Shown piece after piece: positions 27,207 through 36,629 of a stretch of 47,132 nucleotides of DNA. The notes beneath the pieces are model-generated. The model had not been told where the DNA came from and searched no databases. It saw only the letters and a list, made by a program, of their open reading frames with translations. The position numbers and the translations under genes are program-made. How positions within the stretch are numbered: position 1 is the first letter of the stretch; the number at the start of each line of letters is the position of its first letter. The stretch lies in sequence record SRR22947727_447; one strand, given 5' to 3'.

Positions 27207-27916
27207 AGGGTATTTTTCAGGGGTAGAAATCTTTTTTTTAAAGCGGTATTGAATAATTCTAGGTCTTTATAATTTTTGGTATAGTCTTCTTCTTCAAAAG
27301 TACTATTTACATCTATAACAGCACACATTTTAGCGGCGTCGCTTTCTAAAAATTCAGCCAAAGCATCTGTTTGTCTTAGGCCAATACCACCGCTTAAGAA
27401 ATAAGGGGTATTGCTTGGATATGCGCTTAATAATTTCCATGAAAAGATATAGCCATTGCCTCCAGGGAGTTTCCCCTTAGTGTCAAAAAGGAAGTAGTCG
27501 CAATAGGCCTCGTAAGCAGCAAGACTTGAAAAGTCAAATTGATCTGCTACTGAAAAAGCTTTTATAATCACCAAGGAAGGCTTGCTTAGACCTACTTCTT
27601 TATCCAAAGCGTCCCTCAGCACTTTGCAATCCTGGGCAGTTTCTCCTCCATGCAATTGAACGCCCTGTAAATCATTTTCCTGGATGGTTTTTAGGATAAA
27701 ATTCGGTGTTGCCTTTACAAATACGCCTATCTTCTGAATATTAGGATCTATTTCTGGAATGGGGTTTTGAATAAACCGTTTCGAGGGTTCCCAAAAAATA
27801 AAGCCCATATAATTTGGCTTTATTGCTGCCACTGCCCTAATATTCTCAGGGTCCCTCATGCCACAGACTTTTAATGCAGGGGTACTAAAGGGAGTATGTA
27901 GGTTAGAAGCGCCCAT
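27203..27916 (-). CDS. trpF: Phosphoribosylanthranilate isomerase
   Basis: KVCGM, GFIF, VQLHGGE, LFDT, LSGGI, IDVNS. Confidence 0.95.
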   Translation of the reverse strand: MGASNLHTPFSTPALKVCGMRDPENIRAVAAIKPNYMGFIFWEPSKRFIQNPIPEIDPNIQKIGVFVKATPNFILKTIQENDLQGVQLHGGETAQDCKVLRDALDKEVGLSKPSLVIIKAFSVADQFDFSSLAAYEAYCDYFLFDTKGKLPGGNGYIFSWKLLSAYPSNTPYFLSGGIGLRQTDALAEFLESDAAKMCAVIDVNSTFEEEDYTKNYKDLELFNTALKKRFLPLKNTL

Positions 27917-27917
27917 A

Positions 27918-28703
27918 TTATCCTTCTATTTGTTTAATAAATTCAAGTGCAGCAGTACCAGGATCATTGGTTTTCATGAAATTTTCACCCACTAAAAACC
28001 CCTGATATCCATAGGTTTTTAATTCTTTAACCGCACTTACATTACTAATGCCACTCTCAGAAACCTTCACAAAATCATCTGGTATTCTTGAAGACAACTC
28101 CATAGAAGTTTTTAGATTTACTTCAAATGTTTTTAGGTTTCTATTGTTCACGCCAATCATATTTAAGGAGGGCATAATTGATTTTTCTAGTTCCTCTAGG
28201 TCATGAACTTCTAAAAGTACTTCCATACCAAGAGATTGGGCCAGGTTAGAAAGAGAATGAATTTCTGCTCTAGTCAGTACTGCTGCTATAAGTAAAATGG
28301 TATCGGCCCCATGGGCCTTAGCTTCTATAATTTGGTAAGGATCTACTATAAATTCCTTTCTCAAAAGGGGTGTATCTACAGACGCTCTTGCGAGCAAAAG
28401 ATCTTCAAGGGCACCTCCAAAATAAGGACCGTCTGTGAGCACTGAAATACCGCAAACACCTGCTTTTTCGTAGCCTTCCACCACTAAAGGTACTTTAAGA
28501 CTATTGTTTATGACGTCTTTGGAAGGAGACCGTCTTTTGTGCTCCGCTATAATACCACTCGCACTTTGTCTTATCTTAGTTGCCATAGAATTTGTTGGAC
28601 GCTCAAATAAGGGACTTTGCATTAGGACGGCACTAGAGATTAATCCTTTTTTAAGGGCTACTTCTATTTTTTTATCTGCTATTATTTTGTCTAGAATATT
28701 CAT
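27918..28703 (-). CDS. trpC: Indole-3-glycerol phosphate synthase
   Basis: IAEHKRRSPSK, ISVLTD, LRKEF, GVNNRNLKTF, VSESGI. Confidence 0.97.
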   Translation of the reverse strand: MNILDKIIADKKIEVALKKGLISSAVLMQSPLFERPTNSMATKIRQSASGIIAEHKRRSPSKDVINNSLKVPLVVEGYEKAGVCGISVLTDGPYFGGALEDLLLARASVDTPLLRKEFIVDPYQIIEAKAHGADTILLIAAVLTRAEIHSLSNLAQSLGMEVLLEVHDLEELEKSIMPSLNMIGVNNRNLKTFEVNLKTSMELSSRIPDDFVKVSESGISNVSAVKELKTYGYQGFLVGENFMKTNDPGTAALEFIKQIEG

Positions 28704-29690
28704 TTATAAAGCTTGTAATTGCTGTAATTTTTTAAGTGCTGCGCCAGATAATAAGGTTTCTTTAGCCTGTTCAAAAGCCGTAAGAATACCCTTGTTTTTA
28801 ACCGTATTTATGGCCACTGCTGCATTGGCACAAACAACATTGTTTTGAGCGTCAGTACCTTTTCCGCTAAGAATATCTACAAATATAGCTGCGGCAGATG
28901 GCACCGACTCTCCTCCAGAAATTTCATATGCCTGCAGGGTGTTTACGCCAAAACTAGAAGGGTCTAAGACCATTTCGTTTTCCCTAGTAATGATTTTTGT
29001 TGCTCCGGTAAGAGACACTTCATCATAGCCATCTAAGGCATGAACAATACTGTAATTTTTATCGGTTTTCTGGTATAGGTATCCGTAAATTCTAGCCAAC
29101 TCCAAATTAAACACCCCAACCATCTGATGGGTGGGAAATGCTGGATTAACCATGGGTCCCAACATATTAAAAAATGTTTTTACTCCCAGGGCTTTTCTGA
29201 TAGGGGCTACTTGTTTCATAGCAGGATGGAATAAAGGTGCGTGTAATACACAAATGCCAACCTGGTCAAGGGCCTTTTCTAAATAATCTTTGTCATTGGT
29301 GAACTTAATGCCCAATGCTTCCATGACATTGCTACTCCCACAAGAAGAAGATACTCCGTAATTTCCGTGTTTGGTGACTTTAACACCATTGGCTGCCGTT
29401 ACAAAAGAGGCTAGTGTAGAGATGTTAAAAGTATCTTTTCCGTCTCCTCCTGTACCACATAAATCTATAGGCTCATAAGCGGAGAGATCTACTGCCAGGC
29501 ACAATTCTAAAAGAGCGTCTCTAAAACCCTCTAGTTCTTCTAGTTGTATGCTCCGCATCATGTATACAGTTAGAAAAGAAGCAATTTCAGACTCATTGTA
29601 GGCCTTATTTGCTATGCCTACAAGAATATCTTTGGATTCTTGTCTGCTAAGCACTTCGTGCTGGATGAGTCGGTTGAGTATGTTTTTCAT
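28704..29690 (-). CDS. trpD: Anthranilate phosphoribosyltransferase
   Basis: DLCGTGGDG, FNIST, KHGN, DGYDE; ATG 29690 preferred over TTG 29696. Confidence 0.97.
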   Translation of the reverse strand: MKNILNRLIQHEVLSRQESKDILVGIANKAYNESEIASFLTVYMMRSIQLEELEGFRDALLELCLAVDLSAYEPIDLCGTGGDGKDTFNISTLASFVTAANGVKVTKHGNYGVSSSCGSSNVMEALGIKFTNDKDYLEKALDQVGICVLHAPLFHPAMKQVAPIRKALGVKTFFNMLGPMVNPAFPTHQMVGVFNLELARIYGYLYQKTDKNYSIVHALDGYDEVSLTGATKIITRENEMVLDPSSFGVNTLQAYEISGGESVPSAAAIFVDILSGKGTDAQNNVVCANAAVAINTVKNKGILTAFEQAKETLLSGAALKKLQQLQAL

Positions 29691-29726
29691 TTTCAATTTT
29701 TTAATAGCTTTTAGCTGGTTGAGCGA

Positions 29727-30326
29727 CTAGTACATTTTTTCTTCTGGCTTAAATTCCCATGAAACCCCAAGCCAGTTCGCTAACATTTTTTTTCCACTAG
29801 GGGTCAATATGGATTCAGGATGAAACTGTACCGCATAAACGGGATAGCTTTTGTGTTCAAGGGCCATAATCTGACCCTCACTGTCTATGGCGGTTACTTT
29901 TAAAACCTCTGGAAGGTTTTTAGACACTACCCAAGAATGGTATCTTCCCACTACGACCTCAGTAGGTAATTCCTTAAATAATTTAGACTGGGGATCTGTA
30001 ATTTGAATAGGAGTGGCTATACCGTGATACACCTCAGATAAATTTTCTAAACTACCTCCAAATACTTCTGCAATGGCTTGTTGTCCAAGACATACTCCCA
30101 ATATTTTTTTGGTTGGCGCATAGGCGGCTATAATCTCTTTCAGTAGCCCTGCTTCATCAGGAATACCTGGCCCTGGGGACAATACAATATGAGAAAAAGC
30201 AGCTACTTCTTCTAAGCTTATTTTGTTGTTTCTACGAACAGTGACCTGAGCGCCTAATTCTTCCAGATAATGCACTAGGTTGTAGGTAAAAGAGTCGTAA
30301 TTGTCTATGAGTAATATGTCTGTCAT
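29727..30326 (-). CDS. trpG: Anthranilate synthase component II
   Basis: IDNYDSFTYNL, LSPGPG, GVCLG, QFHPES. Confidence 0.96.
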   Translation of the reverse strand: MTDILLIDNYDSFTYNLVHYLEELGAQVTVRRNNKISLEEVAAFSHIVLSPGPGIPDEAGLLKEIIAAYAPTKKILGVCLGQQAIAEVFGGSLENLSEVYHGIATPIQITDPQSKLFKELPTEVVVGRYHSWVVSKNLPEVLKVTAIDSEGQIMALEHKSYPVYAVQFHPESILTPSGKKMLANWLGVSWEFKPEEKMY

Positions 30327-30386
30327 TTGTCTTTTTTCAGGACTTTAAAATCCAGTATTTTTTTTAGTCAACGCTTGAATCAACTT

Positions 30387-31787
30387 TTAGTAAATGTCCT
30401 CTGCCAAAGACAAAGCTTTGGTGAGGGCGCCTAATTTATTGTAGGTTTCTTGTAATTCGGATTCAGGGTCAGATGCAGCAACAATCCCAGCACCAGCCTG
30501 ATATTGCAATTGATGGTCTTTACTTAAAAAGGTCCTAATCATGATTGCATGGTTAAAATTGCCTTCAAAATCCATGAAACCAATGGCTCCTCCGTAATAC
30601 CCCCTTGGTGTAGGTTCATATTTTTCAATTAGCTCCATGGCTTTGTGTTTGGGAGCCCCGCTGAGGGTTCCGGCCGGAAAAGTGTCGGCCACAATATTCA
30701 TGGTAGGCGTGTCTGCTTTTTTAATACCTGTCACTTTAGACACCAAATGAATGACATGAGAAAAAAACTGGACCTCACGATAGTTTTCTACTGTAACCAT
30801 TTTTCCATGTCTGCTGAGGTCATTTCTGGCCAGGTCCACTAACATAACATGTTCAGCATTTTCTTTGTGGTCTTCTGTGAGTTCTTTTGCCAAAACAGCA
30901 TCTTGTTCATCATTTCCAGTCCTTTTAAACGTACCTGCAATAGGATGAATTTCAGCTTTTTGGTCTTTTACCACCAATTGCGCTTCAGGAGAACTTCCAA
31001 AAATCTTGTAATTACCATAATCAAAGTAAAACAGGTAAGGGGACGGATTCACCGCTCTTAAGGCCCTGTAAACATTAAATTCGTCTCCACTAAATTTTTG
31101 GGTAAACCTCCTAGAGAGTACCAATTGGAAGACATCGCCCCTTTGGCAATGCTTCTTGGCAGTCTCTACCAATGCTTTATAATCTTCATCTTTAATATTA
31201 ATACTTGGTTCTCCTTCTATTTTAAAAGGATAGGTAGCAAAGTTTTTAACAGCGATCAGCTGTTCTATGGCTGCTACATTATTGGGCTGGTTGTAGCAAT
31301 GGGCAAAAATATAAGCTTCATTGTTAAAGTGATTAATAGCTATGACATTCTGATACACTGCATAGTACAATTCTGGAAGATCCTGCCCCCCCTCTTTTTT
31401 AGAAATTTTTATGTCCTCATAGTATTGAACCGCGTCATAGGTCATAAAACCAAACAGTCCTTGTGTAATGAACTTAAAATCTTGTTTTTCGCTAGTGAAT
31501 TCTTTTGAAAAAGCAGTGATGACCTCTGGTATATTGGTCTCTTTAGTGATGGTAGTAATGGTATTACTCCCGTCAGGATATGCCTTCTTTATTTGCTGGT
31601 CTTTCACCTCTATATGAGCAATAGGATTAAAACAGATGTAAGAAAAACTATTGTCATTGGCGTGATAATCACTGCTTTCTAACAAAAGACTCCCAGGGTA
31701 ACGGTCCCGAATTTTTAAATATACACTCACAGGGGTAATGGTGTCTGCTAGAATTTTTTTGTAATGGGTGTTTAAAGCGTAGCTCAT
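30387..31787 (-). CDS. trpE: Anthranilate synthase component I
   Basis: LLES Trp-feedback motif, NPSPY, PIAGT, EHVMLVDLARND, FPAGTLSGAPK. Confidence 0.97.
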   Translation of the reverse strand: MSYALNTHYKKILADTITPVSVYLKIRDRYPGSLLLESSDYHANDNSFSYICFNPIAHIEVKDQQIKKAYPDGSNTITTITKETNIPEVITAFSKEFTSEKQDFKFITQGLFGFMTYDAVQYYEDIKISKKEGGQDLPELYYAVYQNVIAINHFNNEAYIFAHCYNQPNNVAAIEQLIAVKNFATYPFKIEGEPSINIKDEDYKALVETAKKHCQRGDVFQLVLSRRFTQKFSGDEFNVYRALRAVNPSPYLFYFDYGNYKIFGSSPEAQLVVKDQKAEIHPIAGTFKRTGNDEQDAVLAKELTEDHKENAEHVMLVDLARNDLSRHGKMVTVENYREVQFFSHVIHLVSKVTGIKKADTPTMNIVADTFPAGTLSGAPKHKAMELIEKYEPTPRGYYGGAIGFMDFEGNFNHAIMIRTFLSKDHQLQYQAGAGIVAASDPESELQETYNKLGALTKALSLAEDIY

Positions 31788-31852
31788 AATAAGGGTATTT
31801 CTATCTTTCCTAATTGACTATTTCTCTGGAGAAATTTCCAATCAATTTGTAT

Positions 31853-31888
31853 TAAAATAAAAAGGCTTGTCTGTGAAGACAAGCCTTT
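31853..31888 (-). terminator. trp attenuator terminator hairpin
   Basis: Minus strand AAAGGCTTGTC-TTCACA-GACAAGCCTTT followed by TTATTTT. Confidence 0.9.
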
Positions 31889-31913
31889 AATATAGTTCAA
31901 AGTAGTGCTTAGC

Positions 31914-31970
31914 TCACAGCGTTTGTTGTAAGTTATTCCACCACCAATTTTGTGTATTATTCAAATTCAT
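31914..31970 (-). CDS. trpL: trp operon leader peptide, 18 aa (MNLNNTQNWWWNNLQQTL)
   Basis: Manual translation; three consecutive TGG codons; lies between a promoter box and a terminator upstream of trpE. Confidence 0.93.
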   Translation of the reverse strand: MNLNNTQNWWWNNLQQTL

Positions 31971-31974
31971 AGTT

Positions 31975-31982
31975 CAAATATA
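31975..31982 (-). promoter_or_regulatory. -7 promoter box of the trp operon
   Basis: Minus strand TATATTTG-AACT-ATG. Confidence 0.78.
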
Positions 31983-32014
31983 ATAAACCTCTTGGAATAA
32001 AAAAGCTTTGGATT

Positions 32015-32051
32015 AAAAAAATCACAAAGCCTTTAATGGCTTTGTGATTTT
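32015..32051 (-). terminator. Intrinsic terminator after the YceI gene
   Basis: 14-bp perfect stem AAAATCACAAAGCC-N6-GGCTTTGTGATTTT with T-tract on the minus strand. Confidence 0.88.
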
Positions 32052-32093
32052 AAACAATTCCATAGCCTGATTTGTTTTAATCCTAAAGAGATA

Positions 32094-32705
32094 TTAGAAT
32101 TGTAAGTCTACTACTAAATCAAACTCGTCATAGATTGTTTTGTCTCCCAAGTTGTCAAAGAAAGATCCTGAGCCGTAACGAATGTCAAATTGTGAGCGGT
32201 CTACTTTTAGGCTAGCCGTGGCTTTACTTCCATAAACAGATAGGGTGAAGTTTACCTCTTTAGTAATGTTCTTGATGGTTAAATTACCAGTAGCTGCATA
32301 AGCGTTTTTACCTGAAGCAGTTACTGAAGTGATTTCTAAAGAAGCCGTTTTATGTGTAGCAGTTCCAAAGAAATCTTCTGAATGCAAATGGCCGTCTAAT
32401 TTTTGTTTGTACTCCCCTTCTAAGTCAGTGGTGTTAATAGTAGTCATCTCTACCACAAATGCACCACCAGTAAGTGTTGTGCCGTCAAAGTCCAAGTTTC
32501 CAGAGGCCAGGTTGATGGTTCCTTCGTGTGATCCAGTTACTTTGTAGGCTTTCCAAGTAATATTACTCGCTTCAGTATTAACCACTTTCTTTTCAACAAC
32601 AGTCGTTGTTTTTTCAGTAGCTTTCTTTGAGGATTCTAAAGGCGTTGCAAAAGTGTTTGTAGTAGCTAATAAAGCTGCGGTAAGGGTAATAAAGAGTTTT
32701 TTCAT
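32094..32705 (-). CDS. YceI family lipid/polyisoprenoid-binding protein
   Basis: Signal peptide; ITWKAYKVTGSHEG, LDGHLHSEDFF, GNLTIK.IT, DRSQFDIRYGS. Confidence 0.93.
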   Translation of the reverse strand: MKKLFITLTAALLATTNTFATPLESSKKATEKTTTVVEKKVVNTEASNITWKAYKVTGSHEGTINLASGNLDFDGTTLTGGAFVVEMTTINTTDLEGEYKQKLDGHLHSEDFFGTATHKTASLEITSVTASGKNAYAATGNLTIKNITKEVNFTLSVYGSKATASLKVDRSQFDIRYGSGSFFDNLGDKTIYDEFDLVVDLQF

Positions 32706-32731
32706 AGTGTGTAAATTGTAAGGGTTAATAT

Positions 32732-33178
32732 TTATAGTTTATTTAATAATTCGTTGAGTTGCACGAGTTCACTTTCTTTAAAGCCTTCTAGAATAAGCTG
32801 CTCTGTTTGGCTCATAATACTGTCTATTTCAGCCAGTGCCACCAATCCTTTTTCAGTGATAAAGATCTCTACTTTTCTTCTGTTTTTTTCACAGATTTGT
32901 CGTGCCACAAAGTCTTTTATAATGAGTTTGTCTACCAATCTGGTAGTATTACTCATCTTAGTAACCATTCTCTCATTGATGGTATTCAGGTTGGCAGGAG
33001 CCCCCTTCTGACCTCTTAGGATTCTCAATACATTAAATTGCTGTAGGGAAATATCAAAAGGTTTTAATGCGGCATGAATACTTTCGTTAATTTTATTTTG
33101 AACTAGAGACAAATGGATGATTGTCCTACTTTTTAAAGGAATAGGTTTCTCTGTTTTAATATGCGCTTCTACATTCAT
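32732..33178 (-). CDS. MarR family transcriptional regulator
   Basis: ISLQQFNVLRIL, SNTTRLVDKL, NRRKVEIFITEKG; start revised to ATG 33178. Confidence 0.93.
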   Translation of the reverse strand: MNVEAHIKTEKPIPLKSRTIIHLSLVQNKINESIHAALKPFDISLQQFNVLRILRGQKGAPANLNTINERMVTKMSNTTRLVDKLIIKDFVARQICEKNRRKVEIFITEKGLVALAEIDSIMSQTEQLILEGFKESELVQLNELLNKL

Positions 33179-33215
33179 GTATTCACAATTATTGTATATA
33201 CAAATGTATAAATAA
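33177..33215. promoter_or_regulatory. marR promoter (-7 box TACATTTG, 33208-33201) overlapped by a candidate palindromic operator array
   Basis: Perfect palindrome TTGTATATACAA (33192-33203) and related copies at 33177 and 33204. Confidence 0.7.
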
Positions 33216-33314
33216 TTTTTAAATAAGTAAGACAATAGGGGCTATTTTTAATTCCCGAGTGAATTATTTTGCGACTTCCTATTTGAAATAGTTTTTTCTC
33301 CCGAATCAAACCCT

Positions 33315-33322
33315 TATTTTTG
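33315..33322 (+). promoter_or_regulatory. -7 promoter box for the rhodanese operon
   Basis: TATTTTTG, 21 nt upstream of ATG 33344. Confidence 0.65.
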
Positions 33323-33343
33323 AGGGAATAAATTATTTAAAAA

Positions 33344-33658
33344 ATGGCAGATTTATCACAAGAAGCTTGGGCTTCTCAGTTAAAAGAAGACACGCAAAGT
33401 GTTGTATTAGACGTAAGAACATTGGATGAGGTTTCAGAAGGAGTGATTCCTGGAGCCATTCATTTAGATATTTTCATGGGTCAGGGTTTTCTGGACGGCT
33501 TGGAAAAATTAGATAAGTCAAAAAACTATTTTGTGTACTGTAGGTCTGGAAATAGAAGCGGTCAAGCATGTGCTATTATGCAGAGTGTTGGTTTTGAAAC
33601 AGCCCATAATTTAGTGGGTGGTTTCATGGAATGGACAGGCGACACCGATGCTTTATAA
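33344..33658 (+). CDS. Single-domain rhodanese (PspE/GlpE-like)
   Basis: LDVRT..E, IPGA, active loop YCRSGNRS, NLVGGFMEW. Confidence 0.93.
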   Translation: MADLSQEAWASQLKEDTQSVVLDVRTLDEVSEGVIPGAIHLDIFMGQGFLDGLEKLDKSKNYFVYCRSGNRSGQACAIMQSVGFETAHNLVGGFMEWTGDTDAL

Positions 33659-33869
33659 ACTATTGTATTTTTTCCAACGCCATGGCTTCACTGTTTGTGA
33701 GCGAATTGCAGAACGAATGGGAATACGCGCCCGAGTGGTGAGAACCTCATTTATCTACCTCGCTTTTGTGACATTGGGTTTTGGCTTTGCACTGTACTTA
33801 TTTATGGCCTTTTGGATCCGAATAAAAGATTTGCTTTTTGCCAAAAGAAATTCTGTTTTTGATTTATAA
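33648..33869 (+). CDS. PspC-domain membrane protein
   Basis: VCERIAERMGI...VVR..FI followed by a TM helix; start revised to ATG 33648. Confidence 0.8.
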   Translation: MLYKLLYFFQRHGFTVCERIAERMGIRARVVRTSFIYLAFVTLGFGFALYLFMAFWIRIKDLLFAKRNSVFDL

Positions 33870-33875
33870 TACCAG

Positions 33876-34880
33876 ATGTTAAAGTTATTCAGATCTAAAA
33901 TTTATATAGCCTTATCATTAGTGCTTCTAGTGAGTTTGGTTGGGGTACTAGGATTTAGAATACTCTCAGACTACTCTTGGGTAGACGCCGTATATATGAC
34001 CGTAATTACCATGACCACGGTAGGTTTTTCTGAGGTGAGTCCTCTGGACGATGCCTCGAAGGTTTTTACCATTTTTTTAATTATCTCAAGCGTTTTTATT
34101 TTTGCTTTTGCCTTGTCCGTAGTTACAGAGTATATATTAGGTAGGAATTCATTGGAAATTTTAAAGAAGAAGAAAGTTAAAAATAAATTAGAACGTATGA
34201 ATAAGCATGTTATTGTTTGTGGTTATGGGAGAAATGGTGCCCAAGCAGTGGCCAGGCTAAAGGCCTACAACAAACCTTTTATAGTCATTGAAAATGATCC
34301 TGAGGTGATTGCAAAATATGAAGATGAGGTCCTGTTCATTAAAGGAGACGCGAATGAAGATGAGGTGCTCGAAGCTGCAGGAATTCACAAGGCACAGTAC
34401 CTTATATGTGCGCTTCCCAACGACGCAGCCAATTTGTTTGTAGTGCTTTCTGCAAGACAGCTCAATAAAAACTTATTTATTATTTCCAGGGCCTCTGAAA
34501 TTGGTTCAGAAAAGAAATTGTCTTTGGCAGGTGCCAATAAAGTAATTATGCCAGATAGGATTGGTGGGGACCATATGGCTTCTCTAGTTGTGATTCCTGA
34601 TCTCATTACCTTTATGGATAAACTTTCAACAGATGGTAAAAAGAACACCAACTTGGAAGAGGTTGCCATTGAACGTTTTGCAGGATCTGCAGCCTTAAAC
34701 TCTCTCAGAGATTTAGACTTAAGGCGAAAAACAGGCTGTACCATCATTGGTTATATTACCCCAGAGGGAGACTATATTATTAATCCAGATGCAGATCTGA
34801 TTCTTTCCTCCGAGGGAAAACTCATTGTGTTGGGAAGGCCAGAGCAAATTGAACAATTGAATAAAATGTGTACTCAGTAG
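33876..34880 (+). CDS. Two-TM potassium channel family protein with RCK (TrkA-N/TrkA-C) domains
   Basis: Pore TMTTVGFS, RCK motif VIVCGYGRNG, C-terminal TrkA-C. Confidence 0.92.
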   Translation: MLKLFRSKIYIALSLVLLVSLVGVLGFRILSDYSWVDAVYMTVITMTTVGFSEVSPLDDASKVFTIFLIISSVFIFAFALSVVTEYILGRNSLEILKKKKVKNKLERMNKHVIVCGYGRNGAQAVARLKAYNKPFIVIENDPEVIAKYEDEVLFIKGDANEDEVLEAAGIHKAQYLICALPNDAANLFVVLSARQLNKNLFIISRASEIGSEKKLSLAGANKVIMPDRIGGDHMASLVVIPDLITFMDKLSTDGKKNTNLEEVAIERFAGSAALNSLRDLDLRRKTGCTIIGYITPEGDYIINPDADLILSSEGKLIVLGRPEQIEQLNKMCTQ

Positions 34881-34969
34881 CTGCTTTCCTACTTCTTTAT
34901 TTGATTAGGCCATTTTTTTTTAGGATATTGCTAATCTTAACGTTAAATTAAATAAACCACTCCTACATT

Positions 34970-36586
34970 ATGAAGACTAAATTGACCTTTTTGGCAAGCT
35001 TTTTATTTCCTTTTGTTGCCCTAGCGCAAGAAAAAGGATTGGATGAAAAAGTGAACGATGCTTTTATGCCATTTGCCAGTTGGTGGGAAGGCTTTGTCCT
35101 TACGTCTGTTCCAGTAGGAGCCTATAATATTCCAATCGTTTTAATATTACTTATTTGTGGGGCTACTTTTTTTACTATTTATTTCAAATTTCCAAGTATA
35201 AGCCAGTTTCCATTAGCCATTAATACGGTTAGGGGTAAATATGACGAATTGGACCACCACGGAGTAGAAAAAACAGCCCTAAATGTGGCAGATGGAGATT
35301 TACCAGGTACCATAAAAGATGAGAGCAAAGAAGGAGAGGTAACCCATTTTCAGGCCCTTGCAACTGCTGTTTCTGGAACAGTAGGCTTAGGAAATATTGC
35401 TGGTGTAGCTGTAGCTATTGCACTCGGGGGGCCAGGAGCAACTTTTTGGATGATTGTGTGTGGACTCATTGGAATGTCTACAAAATTTGTAGAATGTACC
35501 CTAGGAGTGAAATATAGAGATGTAGATGAAAACGGTACCGTATACGGAGGGCCTATGTATTATTTGTCAAAGGGTTTAGATCAAATGGGCTTTAAAGTGC
35601 TCGGAAAAATTTTAGGGGTCGTATTTGCTATTCTATGTGTGGGGGCTTCTTTTGGTGGTGGAAATGCCTTTCAGTCCAATCAGGCGGCGGTACAATTAAC
35701 CACAATGTTTGACCTTCAAGGAGGTGCAACTGGGGTTATTATCGGTGTTATTTTAGCTATTTTAGTCGGTATAGTGATTATTGGAGGAATTAAAAAAATT
35801 GCTAGTGTAACGGAGAAAATTGTTCCTTTTATGGCAGGAACTTATGTTTTGGCCTCATTGGTAATTATCTTTTCTAATATTCAGTATGTAGGTGCTGCCT
35901 TCAGTATGATATTCGAGGGTGCTTTTACTCCTGCAGCTGGAATTGGAGGCGTAGTTGGTGTGATTATTGTAGGATTCCAACGTGCGGCTTTTTCTAACGA
36001 AGCTGGAGCTGGATCAGCAGCCATAGCGCACTCTGCTGTAAAGACTAAGTATCCAGCCAGTGAAGGCGTAGTAGCTCTATTAGAGCCGTTTATAGATACC
36101 GTAGTCATTTGTACAATGACTGCCTTGGTGATTATTTTCTTTAATATGGATACTGGGGCCTTTGAATATGGAAATGCTGTTGGAAGTACCGTAATGTTAA
36201 ATGATACCGGTGCCTATATAGGCGGGGTAGACCTTACTTCAATGGCCTATGATTCTGTTATTCCAGGATTTAGATATGTATTGACTTTAGCAATTATTCT
36301 TTTTGCTTTTTCAACTATGATTTCTTGGTCTTACTACGGACTTCAGTCTTGGAAGTATTTATTTGGAAGGGGAAAAACAGCAGATACTGTGTACAAAATT
36401 CTTTTCTTGCTTTTTGTTGTGATAGGAGCAGCTGCAACATTAGATGCAGTAATTAAGTTTTCAGATGCTATGATTCTGGCCTTAGTGTTTCCAAATATGA
36501 TTGGACTATTATTCCTTTTCCCAAAAGTGAAACAGGAATTAAAGAAGTATATGACAGATATAAAGACAAGCAAGCAGGCTTCATAA
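34970..36586 (+). CDS. Alanine/glycine:cation symporter (AGCS family)
   Basis: GTVGLGNIAGVA, GGPGATFWM, GGPMYY, FSNEAGAGS. Confidence 0.95.
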   Translation: MKTKLTFLASFLFPFVALAQEKGLDEKVNDAFMPFASWWEGFVLTSVPVGAYNIPIVLILLICGATFFTIYFKFPSISQFPLAINTVRGKYDELDHHGVEKTALNVADGDLPGTIKDESKEGEVTHFQALATAVSGTVGLGNIAGVAVAIALGGPGATFWMIVCGLIGMSTKFVECTLGVKYRDVDENGTVYGGPMYYLSKGLDQMGFKVLGKILGVVFAILCVGASFGGGNAFQSNQAAVQLTTMFDLQGGATGVIIGVILAILVGIVIIGGIKKIASVTEKIVPFMAGTYVLASLVIIFSNIQYVGAAFSMIFEGAFTPAAGIGGVVGVIIVGFQRAAFSNEAGAGSAAIAHSAVKTKYPASEGVVALLEPFIDTVVICTMTALVIIFFNMDTGAFEYGNAVGSTVMLNDTGAYIGGVDLTSMAYDSVIPGFRYVLTLAIILFAFSTMISWSYYGLQSWKYLFGRGKTADTVYKILFLLFVVIGAAATLDAVIKFSDAMILALVFPNMIGLLFLFPKVKQELKKYMTDIKTSKQAS

Positions 36587-36629
36587 AACAAACTGCTTTT
36601 TAGGTTTTTATGAGTATCAATAAAAACCT

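Noticed and set aside
33179..33235. Cys/Tyr-rich N-terminal extension of MarR in the ORF track
   Set aside because: It overlaps the predicted promoter and operator; the start at 33178 is more plausible.
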